DNA of 64,000 nt, taken from Acetatifactor sp. (GTDB lineage: Bacteria > Bacillota > Clostridia > Lachnospirales > Lachnospiraceae). Within the stretch, counting starts at the first letter, position 1, and every line of letters starts with the position of its first letter. This document shows, one piece after another, positions 9,324-18,689 of the stretch. Under the pieces are notes generated by a model, which worked only from the letters and a program-made list of their open reading frames with translations, made no database searches and was not told the DNA's origin. The stretch spans positions 2,149 to 66,148 of the forward strand of contig JAILLF010000054.1 in assembly GCA_024693365.1 (NCBI GenBank). The letters run 5' to 3'. The translations under genes and the position numbers were made by a program.

Positions 9324-11645
9324 TCATTCGTCAAAATAAAGCTGCACGCGACTCTGAATTACCCTAACTACTTCTTCTAATGTTTTGTCCCCTGTGAAGA
9401 AGGCCTCCGCCTCCTCCAAGATAATGTTTTGAACTTCACCAATTCCCATGTCTACCTTCGCATTCTCCATCAATTCTACGTATTCCTGCAAAAAAGACGT
9501 CCCATCTCCTTTTCCATCTAGCTCAATAAAGTTGTATCCATCCATTAGGAATACTGGTTTCTCAGAAAGATCCGTGTGCTCTTTGACACGGCTTAGCATA
9601 ATGTCTTTACGTAACCAATTAACGGAATAATTCGTTTGACATTTGGGACTTAGCAAATATAACACGATATCTTCAGTGATCAAAGGATTCTTCGTCATAT
9701 TGCTTATCGCCACGCACTTGTTACATATCATTCTGGTTCCTATCGACGGGAAACCAATCGCGTGAAAACGTTCACCCAGCAGACTTCTCTCATGAGAGTA
9801 TTTCAAGAATCCACCACTCACGTAATCAGTTAACCGACTTCCATCGTGAACCCTCTCCAGTTTCTCCTCTGTTTCCAAGAAATATTGACTTTCAATAGGA
9901 TCTCCATATTGCTTGCAAAACGCCAATAATTCTTCGAACTCCTTATTCTCAAAATCACACTTTCCATTTTTTATGTCCAGAAAATGGCTTCCCTCCATGT
10001 GACACAACAGCAAATCAACTAACAATTGGCTCGAGGGAACTGGATATGGCGTGCTTTCAATTCCAATTAGCGCCTTATTCTCTCTGCTGATTTTCGCACA
10101 TAAATCCATCGCATCGCGCAATGACCAAGACACACTCTCACAATTCTGATCTGATATCAAAAGCGTCGCAATCTCCGCTTCATAAGGGATTCCATAAGCA
10201 TGCCCATCTATTTCCCCATATTTTAAAGCCCCTGCAAACAATGTTGTCTTAAGCTCCTCGGAAAGAATTCCATCTATTTGGCGCAAACAGTTTGCCCCCT
10301 GAAGGATTTCCAATTCCTTTCGACGCAAGATTAAAAGATCAGGTCCGTTGCCGTTTCTAATCTCCTCCGCCAGGCGATTCATCGCCAATTCATTTGTTTC
10401 ATTCATCGGCTCCAGCTTTACGTGAATGCCAGGATGCTTTCGCTCATAATCCGAAACACAGTTCGTAACATAATCATCCATGCCCCAGACCATTATTATC
10501 ACTTCTTTTGCGTCAGGCAATACCTTTTCAGACACCAAAAGGCAATCGCTTTCCGTGCCGTCATCCACAAACAAACACGCATCTCCATTTTTGTCAGTTA
10601 TCACCTGTTTTACGTCCGTAAATTTTATGCCATTTAAATTGCATATCTTTAAAACTTCTCCCGTTAATACATTCCATTTGTACAAGGAATCAGTTGTTAC
10701 GTAATAGGCTCTTCCTGACCAATCAACCCAGCAGTTTTGCAAATTCCGCCGTTTCTTTTCAGATAAGTTTTCCCTCTTTCGATCCTTAAGACAAAAGAAT
10801 TGACTCTCCATGTCTGGAAGTGTAATTTCAAAAAAAATAGGAACTCCCGTCACAGATTTTCCGGCAAAACTGGTAATTGTGTTCGCATTTCCATATATTT
10901 CCGAAAGTTTTTGCCCTTCCATGTCAAGAATATATAGCATCTTTCTTCCGTTGTCTACAACATAAACGTTCTCATCAGCATCCAAAATCAATGTTGGCGC
11001 CGTCGTTATTCCTTCCATGTCTTTTTGACAAATCTTTAGCATATCCATTCCTTGGATAATAGATCCTTCCTCAGTCATCTTAATCACGTAAAAATTTTTC
11101 ATTGTCATGTCATCATCATATATTGCAACCGTTAAGACTATTATTCCATCGACAGCGTCTAGCGAATTGACTCTTGCTTTTCCCATATGCAATGCAGTGT
11201 CAATGTTTTCCAATTCTTCCTGAGTTAAATTAGACTCATTTTTACCACTTCCCAGTGCCAACACCAGTTTTCTTTCTTCCAACGAGGTAACGTCAAGAAC
11301 ATGCAGGACATTCTCATACGTGATCTGCCCCTCACCGGCCTTATGATACTCTTGCATACAGTATAACAGTTGGTCGTTTGTCGCATATAATGCCTCGCCC
11401 TTAATCCATTCACCATCCTTAAGTGTACATATGTCTTCCCAATATCTAATTACGTTCCATTCATTGCCTTCTGATCCATTGGACACTTCTTTCCATGTCT
11501 TATCCGACAGATCAATTTCCTTCGGTACTTCGCCGATGTTTTCGACTGAATTTTCAATATCAGCCTCTTTTGAGCATCCTAAAAGCGCTAATAAGGAAAA
11601 TAGCATTACCACAACAAGAAACTGCCTTGCTATAAACTTTTTCAT
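9324..11645 (-). CDS. Large lipoprotein; unknown N-terminal ~400 aa fused to an extracellular solute-binding-protein-like C-terminal domain
   Basis: The start is set at the internal ATG 11645 (MKKFIARQFLVVVMLFSLLALLGC, lipobox LLGC, AAAGGGA SD upstream). The track's longer N-terminus overlaps the upstream gene. The C-terminal half resembles ABC family-1 SBPs (VIIMVWGMDDY..., NGNGPDLLIL). Confidence 0.75.
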   Translation of the reverse strand: MKKFIARQFLVVVMLFSLLALLGCSKEADIENSVENIGEVPKEIDLSDKTWKEVSNGSEGNEWNVIRYWEDICTLKDGEWIKGEALYATNDQLLYCMQEYHKAGEGQITYENVLHVLDVTSLEERKLVLALGSGKNESNLTQEELENIDTALHMGKARVNSLDAVDGIIVLTVAIYDDDMTMKNFYVIKMTEEGSIIQGMDMLKICQKDMEGITTAPTLILDADENVYVVDNGRKMLYILDMEGQKLSEIYGNANTITSFAGKSVTGVPIFFEITLPDMESQFFCLKDRKRENLSEKKRRNLQNCWVDWSGRAYYVTTDSLYKWNVLTGEVLKICNLNGIKFTDVKQVITDKNGDACLFVDDGTESDCLLVSEKVLPDAKEVIIMVWGMDDYVTNCVSDYERKHPGIHVKLEPMNETNELAMNRLAEEIRNGNGPDLLILRRKELEILQGANCLRQIDGILSEELKTTLFAGALKYGEIDGHAYGIPYEAEIATLLISDQNCESVSWSLRDAMDLCAKISRENKALIGIESTPYPVPSSQLLVDLLLCHMEGSHFLDIKNGKCDFENKEFEELLAFCKQYGDPIESQYFLETEEKLERVHDGSRLTDYVSGGFLKYSHERSLLGERFHAIGFPSIGTRMICNKCVAISNMTKNPLITEDIVLYLLSPKCQTNYSVNWLRKDIMLSRVKEHTDLSEKPVFLMDGYNFIELDGKGDGTSFLQEYVELMENAKVDMGIGEVQNIILEEAEAFFTGDKTLEEVVRVIQSRVQLYFDE

Positions 11646-11704
11646 TTTATCCCTTTCACAAACAATGGGGGAAATTACTTTCCCCCATTGAATTAAATAA
11701 CCAA

Positions 11705-12028
11705 TTAAATTCCACATAAGTAATATCTGCTGTAACAATGCACGTTATTATGTATTTCAGAGCACTCTTCTATCGTATCGCAAATATAATAGTTACACCC
11801 GCTGCAGTAATTATAATGATGGCCAGACACATGAGTAATTGCGCATTCAGAAACATAACCATTAGGTTCTCCTACCATATGATGCTCAACCCAGCCATTT
11901 TGCTGGCCATGTGTTTTATATGTACTGTTTGAATAGCATCCAGATGTATATGGACAAGCCATTACATTCTTAGAATACAGCATAAATACTAAAGACATTA
12001 TTAATGCCATCCCCAAAAATCGCCTCAT
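11705..12028 (-). CDS. Small secreted Cys/His-rich protein (107 aa precursor, unknown function)
   Basis: Start at ATG 12028, preceded by GGAGG 8 nt upstream. Signal peptide MRRFLGMALIMSLVFMLYSKNVMA. By hand count the mature part has about 10 Cys and about 9 His. Confidence 0.6.
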   Translation of the reverse strand: MRRFLGMALIMSLVFMLYSKNVMACPYTSGCYSNSTYKTHGQQNGWVEHHMVGEPNGYVSECAITHVSGHHYNYCSGCNYYICDTIEECSEIHNNVHCYSRYYLCGI

Positions 12029-12245
12029 AATTATGACCTCCATTCCTACTCAATTAACAGATTACAAAAAAATAATCTCCCTCGGAATCACCTCTTCTTA
12101 TTACATCTTTATGCACTCATTTTACTCACTCGCAACATCTTTGTCAATATATATTTTGAATTTCGTAGTATTGATTCCATAAATATTGCATGATATTATT
12201 TATTTATATCATTTGTACCAACATTACCTTACGGAGGACGTGCTC

Positions 12246-12659
12246 ATGGCAGGAAAAAACTATTTTATCAGTGGCATAACGGATATGCTGGTTTTATACT
12301 TTCTGAATCAAAAGGATTGCTACGTTTATGAAATCACAAAAGCCGTTTCCGAGCTTTCGGAAGGGAGCCTTAACCTCAATCAAAACACCATTTATACCGC
12401 TGCCTACAAGTTGGAAAAGGAGGGAATGATCAGCGAGTATTCCAAGCTGGTCGGCAGGAAGCGGACGCGCGTCTATTACCATCTGGAAGCCCCGGGCAAA
12501 GAGTATTTGAAAGAATTACTCGCTTCCTATCGCTTGACTTCCGCAAGCATTGACAAGATTTTGGGAAAGGAGATTCGGAATGATGAGCTTGAATCCGCAA
12601 GTCCTGCTGAAGAAGAAATATTTGACTCAGTTGCGTGCCCTGCTCCCAGTCATGCGTAA
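12246..12659 (+). CDS. PadR family transcriptional regulator
   Basis: ATG 12246 with GGAGG 8 nt upstream. Winged-helix signature YVYEITKAV...IYTAAYKLEKEGMISEY...GRKRTRVYYHL. Confidence 0.85.
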   Translation: MAGKNYFISGITDMLVLYFLNQKDCYVYEITKAVSELSEGSLNLNQNTIYTAAYKLEKEGMISEYSKLVGRKRTRVYYHLEAPGKEYLKELLASYRLTSASIDKILGKEIRNDELESASPAEEEIFDSVACPAPSHA

Positions 12660-12996
12660 GGAAGAACGAACGTACCTGCGCCACATGGAAACGACAATTG
12701 ATGAGTTTTTGGACGCAAGTGACTCCTCAGCATTCTCTTGCATGGAAGATTTTTACAGGGAATTTGGCGAACCCCGTGAAGTGATTCAAAATTATTATTC
12801 AGGGATGAACATAGAATCCTTTTGTTCCGTCATTAGCATTCGTCGTTTTCTAAAGCGCATAGGTATTTTCCTTTGTTCGCTAATGCTAGCTGCCACTATC
12901 TTTTGGGGGTACTTATTTTGGCAGGAACACCAATCTTCCATGCGTTCGGAGGCCGTATTTTTCCAGATGACTACCACCTCTTCCTCATCTAAATAA
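12580..12996 (+). CDS. PadR-associated membrane protein (DUF1700-like organisation)
   Basis: ATG 12580 with AAGGAG 7 nt upstream; overlaps the PadR tail by 80 nt. Soluble N-terminal helix region plus a C-terminal TM (IGIFLCSLMLAATIFWGYLFW). Confidence 0.6.
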   Translation: MMSLNPQVLLKKKYLTQLRALLPVMRKEERTYLRHMETTIDEFLDASDSSAFSCMEDFYREFGEPREVIQNYYSGMNIESFCSVISIRRFLKRIGIFLCSLMLAATIFWGYLFWQEHQSSMRSEAVFFQMTTTSSSSK

Positions 12997-13011
12997 CTTA
13001 TAGGAGGTATT

Positions 13012-13488
13012 ATGAGAAAAATATTACTATTCATATTATGTTGCTTCATGTCTGTATTTGTTCTTTCTGTCACTGCTCATGCTTATGAAACCACCACTGA
13101 TATTCAAAAAATAATCATTGGTGGAGAAGAGTATTATCTTATAACCACGGATTCCGTCATCCAAACAGACTCACCTCAGAACACAAATGATTTGCAAACC
13201 AAAACAGAAACCCGTACCTCAACCATACTGGATGCATTGCAAAATCCCTTGTGGTCAATCTCTGTAACCGCCACGTTTATTTATGATGGCACAATGTCTC
13301 AATGCGTTGCCTGTTCCCATCAGACAACCTCCTATGACAGCCACTGGATGACGAAGAGTTCTTCGTGTAGCCACAGCGGCAATTATGCCACGGCATCCGC
13401 GACAGTCACTCAAACCATGCCCCTTGGCACACATGATTATTATGCTTCCGTCACCATATCCTGTACCCCGGCCGGCTTAATTTATTAA
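13012..13488 (+). CDS. Secreted hypothetical protein
   Basis: AGGAGG SD. Signal peptide MRKILLFILCCFMSVFVLSVTAHA. No recognisable domain. Confidence 0.6.
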   Translation: MRKILLFILCCFMSVFVLSVTAHAYETTTDIQKIIIGGEEYYLITTDSVIQTDSPQNTNDLQTKTETRTSTILDALQNPLWSISVTATFIYDGTMSQCVACSHQTTSYDSHWMTKSSSCSHSGNYATASATVTQTMPLGTHDYYASVTISCTPAGLIY

Positions 13489-13566
13489 TACACATACAAA
13501 AGCACCCCCGCAGGCTTTGCACGCCCTGCAAGGTTGCTTTTTTACTAACTTATTTTCATTTTCCCG

Positions 13567-16053
13567 TTATTCTATCCCCTTCAGCGTCTCCACCATGTCC
13601 AGCCTTCGGATCTTCTTCTGGAACAAGAACCCCACCAGCACGGAAATGATCAGGACAAACGCACCGGAAACAAGATATTCGAAGGCGCCTGCGGTCACCT
13701 GATAATCCATGCTGTCTCCGTTGGAATCAAACATAAACTGCAAAAGCTTGGTTCCAAAGGGCGCACCAAGAATGACGCCCAGGATGGAGAGCCAGAGATT
13801 CTGGATGGACAACAGCTTTCTGATCGCCCCCGTCTGAAAACCAAGGACCTTCAGCGTTGCAAATTCCTTTAGTCTCTCATGGAAGGAAAGGTTCCCGCTG
13901 TTGTACAACACGACAATGGGCAGCACCATGGCAAAAATCAGGTACACTCCGAGAACCAGATAAATCATCTGCATCATCACGTCAAAGCTTTCGCGCAGAT
14001 CTGCATTATCATGGACGGCAAGCACGCCCTTGGCACCCTTTAAGTCTGCCCAAAGATCAACCTTTCCCGAATACAAAACCGTTGGCAAATAATTTGCCCC
14101 CATCTTTTCATAGTCCTCGCGAAGCATGGTAAGACCCTGCATGCTGGGGTTGCGGTTGATCAGACCGATCTTCGCCTCATACCATTCATTTTTCTCATAC
14201 AAGTGCCAGTATACCGTATCGCCCACCTTTAAGTCAAAGGCCTCCGCAAGCTTTCTGGTGATTGCGATCGTTCCCGGCGAAAGCTCCGTCAGGTTCTGCT
14301 TTTCATCCGTCAGGCGGAACAGATTCCTGCCCTCCGTGACAATGAGGATCGTCGATTTTCTTTCGGTGGATTTGGCATTTTTCTTCACCGCAACTTCCAC
14401 GGCAGCCGTCTGCACAAGCTCTCCGCCCAACTGATCCCGAAGCTCCTGAGCGCGCTCCACCGTCACGTCGCCGTCAAAATCGATCTGCGTCTTGAAATTC
14501 TGGAGCTTCTCAAAGGTCCAGTCTGATGCATTTCGGATGGTTGTCAGGGAAGAGAAGGCGGCAACCATCAGCATCATTCCGGCAGCCGTCCCAAGCACTC
14601 CCATCACGGCGCGAAGCTTCCCGCGGGATATGTCGCGCAAATTATACTGAACGTTAAAACCAAAACCGTTCCAAAAAGGGAGCCGCTCAAACAAAATCCG
14701 CTTCCCCGCTTTTGGCGGCGCGGGGCGAAGGCTCTCCGCAGGCCGTACGTCCATCACCTTCCGGCAACTCAGATAGGTTGCACCCGTGCAAGCTGCAACG
14801 ATCATAAGGATTACCAGGATAAAGCTTCCGTCCATCTCCACCGTCCAGCCCGGGATGAAATACCACGCGCGGAATACCTGCGCAATAAATTCTCCGAGCA
14901 GGTAGGTTCCAATCCAAAGCCCAACGAGGGCTCCAAGGAGGGAAACAAGAAAGCTGTAGCTCAGGTAATGAACAATGATTGTCCTGCGCCTCATGCCTAG
15001 GGCGCGAAGCGTTCCAATCTGCGTGCGTTGCTGCGAGATCATGCGATTCATGCTTGTCATGATCACAAGAAGCGCGATGGCGATAAACACAACCGGAAAC
15101 GTCACTGCAAACTGATCATGCTGTGCCAGTTCATCCGCCATCACCTTAATCCCTGCCACGTCATTGCGATCACAGAGCACTGCGTAATCACCGCCGAGCG
15201 CATCGGAAATCTCCTGTTCCAGGGATTTGACGTTTTCCACGTCCGTCGTGAAAGGAATCTCCACGTAGGGCAGTGCCTGGCGGAGCTTATCCTCAGGAAT
15301 CTCATCCACCAGCGAAAGCAATTGTTCTTTCGTCAAGCTCTCCCTGGAGATGCCAAACTTTTCCAGTGCTTCCTGTTTTTCCCGGACGTACTGCGAATGC
15401 TCCGCCGCCATCTCCAGCGTCAGATCCCCTTTTTCAATCAGGCTTTTCACGTAATCTCTCGCAGGGAATTCACGATACGCCATATAGATCACGCAGATGT
15501 TTTTCAACACCACGTCCAGATCCTTATCCGCCTTCATGTATTGATATTCTGGCGCCACGATAAGTCCGGCGATCTCCTTCGTAATTTCCATGCCGTTGTA
15601 GGTGAAGGTAAAGGAATCCCCCACCTTTAGGTCCCACGCCTTCGCAAAGCTCTCCGACATCCAGATGGCATTTTCCTTCGAGAGATCGAACTCCGCGCCC
15701 GACACGTAAAAGGGCTTCGACACGATCGCCTCATCCATCAGATAGACCTCCAGCTGCGCCTGGTCATGCTCCTTCGCATTGGCCGTCACGTGCATGCGGC
15801 GCTGTGCATCCTTTACTTCCTTCAAGTTTCTGATCTTTTCCAGCGCTTCCTCGTTAAAGCCTTCGCCGTAAATCCAGCCGTCCGCCATATTGGTGAGCTG
15901 ATACATCTCTGCCTGCCTGCGGTACGCGCTGACGTTGCTTGCCTTCATTGCCGCAAAGAGCATCACGGCAAGCATGGCCAGAATAAAGATGGAGATGAAC
16001 TGACCCAGGTTGTCACGCATCTCTCTTAGCATTTTCCGAAACAGCATTACCAC
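13567..16053 (-). CDS. ABC transporter permease, FtsX/MacB-like (two FtsX modules)
   Basis: 828 aa with repeated 4-TM FtsX-type blocks and large extracytoplasmic loops. Overlaps the upstream ATPase gene. Confidence 0.85.
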   Translation of the reverse strand: MVMLFRKMLREMRDNLGQFISIFILAMLAVMLFAAMKASNVSAYRRQAEMYQLTNMADGWIYGEGFNEEALEKIRNLKEVKDAQRRMHVTANAKEHDQAQLEVYLMDEAIVSKPFYVSGAEFDLSKENAIWMSESFAKAWDLKVGDSFTFTYNGMEITKEIAGLIVAPEYQYMKADKDLDVVLKNICVIYMAYREFPARDYVKSLIEKGDLTLEMAAEHSQYVREKQEALEKFGISRESLTKEQLLSLVDEIPEDKLRQALPYVEIPFTTDVENVKSLEQEISDALGGDYAVLCDRNDVAGIKVMADELAQHDQFAVTFPVVFIAIALLVIMTSMNRMISQQRTQIGTLRALGMRRRTIIVHYLSYSFLVSLLGALVGLWIGTYLLGEFIAQVFRAWYFIPGWTVEMDGSFILVILMIVAACTGATYLSCRKVMDVRPAESLRPAPPKAGKRILFERLPFWNGFGFNVQYNLRDISRGKLRAVMGVLGTAAGMMLMVAAFSSLTTIRNASDWTFEKLQNFKTQIDFDGDVTVERAQELRDQLGGELVQTAAVEVAVKKNAKSTERKSTILIVTEGRNLFRLTDEKQNLTELSPGTIAITRKLAEAFDLKVGDTVYWHLYEKNEWYEAKIGLINRNPSMQGLTMLREDYEKMGANYLPTVLYSGKVDLWADLKGAKGVLAVHDNADLRESFDVMMQMIYLVLGVYLIFAMVLPIVVLYNSGNLSFHERLKEFATLKVLGFQTGAIRKLLSIQNLWLSILGVILGAPFGTKLLQFMFDSNGDSMDYQVTAGAFEYLVSGAFVLIISVLVGFLFQKKIRRLDMVETLKGIE

Positions 16054-16769
16054 TCAACCTCCCTTACGGATGCAGGATTCTCATTCAGCCGGATCTCCCG
16101 CACCTTCCCATTTTTCATGCGGATCACTTTATCCGCACACTTTGCAATGTCCGCATTGTGCGTCACGAGAATAACGGTCTTGTGTTGCTCCCAACAAAGC
16201 TTTTGCAATAACTCCAGCACAATTATGCCAGTCTCGGAGTCCAACGCACCCGTGGGTTCATCTCCCAGAATAATCTTGGGATCCTTCGCCAGGGCCCGGG
16301 CGATGGAGACGCGCTGCTGTTCTCCGCCGGACATCTGGGCGGGAAACTTATTTTTATGCTGCTCAAGACCAACCGCCTTTAACATTTCCACCGGGTCCTT
16401 TGCATTCTTTACAATGTTTTTTACCAATGCCACGTTCTCACAGGCCGTAAGGGACGGCAACAGATTGTAAAACTGGAAGATAAACCCCACCATGTCAGCA
16501 CGATACTTGGAAAGCTGCCTGTCATTCATGGAAGAAACCATCTCTCCCGCAACCTCCACCGTTCCCGACGTCGGCACGTCCATGCCGCCCAGCATGTTCA
16601 GCACCGTCGATTTTCCCGCGCCGGATTGCCCCAGTATCACCACAAACTCTCCCTCATTGATGGTAAAGCTCACATGATCATTCGCCAGCTGCTCACCCTC
16701 TCCCTGCCCGTATTTCTTGATCACGTCCTTGAATTCCACGATCATATTCTGCTTCTCTTGATTTCTCAT
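16047..16769 (-). CDS. ABC transporter ATP-binding protein (MacB/LolD-type)
   Basis: Walker A GQSGAGKST, signature LSGGEQQRV, Walker B ILGDEPTGALD. Start moved to ATG 16769 (GGAAG SD 7 nt upstream). Confidence 0.9.
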   Translation of the reverse strand: MRNQEKQNMIVEFKDVIKKYGQGEGEQLANDHVSFTINEGEFVVILGQSGAGKSTVLNMLGGMDVPTSGTVEVAGEMVSSMNDRQLSKYRADMVGFIFQFYNLLPSLTACENVALVKNIVKNAKDPVEMLKAVGLEQHKNKFPAQMSGGEQQRVSIARALAKDPKIILGDEPTGALDSETGIIVLELLQKLCWEQHKTVILVTHNADIAKCADKVIRMKNGKVREIRLNENPASVREVEW

Positions 16770-16871
16770 GTCGGAACTTCCTTTCTTCTGCTCTTCCAAA
16801 AAGTGGATCAGCAACCCGATTAGTTAGCTGCCGCTTACTTTTCTTCATTGTAATTCCGCCGCTTTGCAAAG

Positions 16872-16966
16872 TCAATTACAAAATTGAGTTTTTCCTCAAT
16901 TTTGTGAAAATTGAATAATTTCTCAATTTTTTGCGGCGTAAATTTTGAACTTTTTCTCAATTTTTA
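16872..16966. promoter_or_regulatory. Candidate TetR operator array in the divergent ABC/TetR intergenic region
   Basis: CTCAATTTT occurs three times (16895, 16922, 16956), each preceded by an inverted AAAATTGA(G)-like half-site (e.g. AAAATTGAG at ~16880). Confidence 0.45.
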
Positions 16967-17085
16967 ACCAAAACCATTGCAAAAGTCCTTGCTTCTGTGT
17001 TTTAATGAACTTGAATACTTCCAGGCAAAAGAAACAAGCTAAGAATCCGAGGTACCCGGACCAAATAACAGGAGTTTAGTAAACC

Positions 17086-17862
17086 ATGACACGGAGTGAA
17101 AAGCAAGAAGCGAAACAGCGTAATGCAACAAAGCAGAGCAACACGGCAAAACAAAACAACACAACCAAACAACGCAACATGGTAAAACAAGGCAGCATGG
17201 CAAAACAAAGCGATACGTCAGAGCAAGCATCTGCAGCCAAGGAACCGAAAGAAACAAAAGCGAAGCGGGAAAAGAAGGTCAATGAGCCGAAGCAAAAGCG
17301 TTCGATCGAGACCAGAAACAAGATCCTGGAAGTGGGATCCATGCTGATGTTGCAGAAGGGCTATCACAACGTGACGACGGACGACGTGGCCAAGGCCGCC
17401 GGACTTTCCACAGGCATTGTCTATCACTACTTCAAGGACAAGAAGGACATTCTCCTTGTCGCGTTAGAGCTTCGCGCAAATGCCATGTTTGAGGGCTTCG
17501 CGGGAAAATATGCCCAGGCCCCGACCGTGGATTTTGAAGTTTTCCTGAATTCCCTCTTCGACTTTCTGATGGACTATCACAAAAAGTTCTGGATCATTCA
17601 CGAGGAGTTGGAATCGCTTTATCACAGCGATGCTGAAATCGCGGCCACGATCGATGATTACTGGCAGAAAACTTACCGCGCCATCACGGAAATCTACGTA
17701 CAAAAAAGCGGCAAGCCGGAGCATGCCGCTGAGAAGGTAAGAATCGCATTAGACCTTATCGAGGATTATTGTCACGCCTGCATGCATCCGATCGTTGAAA
17801 CCTTGGATCAGGATTACCTGCGACAGTCCGTGATCTCCCTCGTCAAAAACCTGTTAACCTAA
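17086..17862 (+). CDS. TetR/AcrR family regulator with a Lys/Gln-rich hexapeptide-repeat N-terminal extension
   Basis: HTH region KILEVGSMLMLQKGYHNVTTDDVAKAAGLSTGIVYHYF, preceded by ~70 aa of low-complexity sequence (KQRNAT KQSNTA KQNNTT KQRNMV KQGSMA KQSDTS). Confidence 0.85.
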   Translation: MTRSEKQEAKQRNATKQSNTAKQNNTTKQRNMVKQGSMAKQSDTSEQASAAKEPKETKAKREKKVNEPKQKRSIETRNKILEVGSMLMLQKGYHNVTTDDVAKAAGLSTGIVYHYFKDKKDILLVALELRANAMFEGFAGKYAQAPTVDFEVFLNSLFDFLMDYHKKFWIIHEELESLYHSDAEIAATIDDYWQKTYRAITEIYVQKSGKPEHAAEKVRIALDLIEDYCHACMHPIVETLDQDYLRQSVISLVKNLLT

Positions 17863-17868
17863 AGCGAA

Positions 17869-17927
17869 AGCCCCGCCGGACGTGCAATGTCATTAAGTTT
17901 ACGCTGCGCATCCGTCGGGGCTTTTTT
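17869..17927. terminator. Bidirectional terminator-like hairpin between convergent genes
   Basis: agccccgccgga ... tccgtcggggct followed by TTTTTT on the plus strand. Confidence 0.55.
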
Positions 17928-17945
17928 ACGTGATTGCATCAAATC

Positions 17946-18689
17946 TTACTGCACAAATCTGGCATTTTTGAGGGTACAGTACATGTACTCTCCTTCCATG
18001 TAGGTGTCAAATACGCCTGCCACGGTAATTTCGGAATTCATTTCGGGATAATCATCCGGGTACTTGTGATCCCCGGCAAGCACAAATTCAATTCCCTGCG
18101 CGCAGCATGCCGTTGCATCCTGAATGATGCAGGCATAATACTCATTGCCCGTATTGGGGTCCTGATAATAACTGAAGGCACCTTTCATCTTGACGTTCTT
18201 ACCAATATAGTCACTGGGCGCCGTCATCATGTTATACACTTCCGAATACACCATGGTGCTCGACAGCGCGGTAAGGTCAACGTCAGGAACAAATTCTTCC
18301 GAAGCACCGTCCCCGGACGAGACAGATGCCTGACCGTTACCGGAAGCTTGCCCGTCGCCAGAAGCCTGGTTGTCACCGGATGAAACATTCGTCTCCGCTG
18401 AGCTTTCCGTCGACGCGTCCTTTGCCATGCCGGAATCTGCAGTTACGTCTGAGTTCTCTGCCGCTTTGCTTTCTGCGCCATCTGCTGCTTTGCTTTCCGA
18501 GCCATCCGCTGCTTTGTCTCCTGAGCCATTACTTTCCGAAGTCATCTGAGCATCCAGAATGTCCTTCACGCTCTTTGTGTTATTACCCGTTCTTTTCGCT
18601 GCTCCCGCATCCTGTCCGCAACCCATGCATGCGGCAATCATTGCCGCGACCGTCACGTATGCCAAGAATCTGCCAATCCTCTTTTTCAT
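17946..18689 (-). CDS. Lipoprotein of unknown function, translationally coupled to the metal ABC permease
   Basis: Lipobox IAACMGC. Low-complexity Ser/Gly/Asp/Ala repeats followed by a ~120-aa Cys-containing domain (ACIIQDATACCAQGIEF). Its ATG overlaps the stop of the upstream gene (ATGA). Confidence 0.7.
   Translation of the reverse strand: MKKRIGRFLAYVTVAAMIAACMGCGQDAGAAKRTGNNTKSVKDILDAQMTSESNGSGDKAADGSESKAADGAESKAAENSDVTADSGMAKDASTESSAETNVSSGDNQASGDGQASGNGQASVSSGDGASEEFVPDVDLTALSSTMVYSEVYNMMTAPSDYIGKNVKMKGAFSYYQDPNTGNEYYACIIQDATACCAQGIEFVLAGDHKYPDDYPEMNSEITVAGVFDTYMEGEYMYCTLKNARFVQ

Noticed and set aside
11646-11738. Long N-terminal extensions of track ORFs (9324..11738, 20316..21110, 25301..26443, 57069..58382, 61922..63238, 48295..49281, 30053..32491)
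   Set aside because: The extensions overlap upstream genes or regulatory hairpins and lack SD sequences. Internal starts with good SDs give canonical N-termini (lipobox, Rossmann motif and so on).
17002-17342. Three overlapping minus-strand Cys/Phe/Leu-rich ORFs (68-88 aa)
   Set aside because: They are antisense shadows of the low-complexity KQ-repeat region of the TetR gene, with no independent signals.
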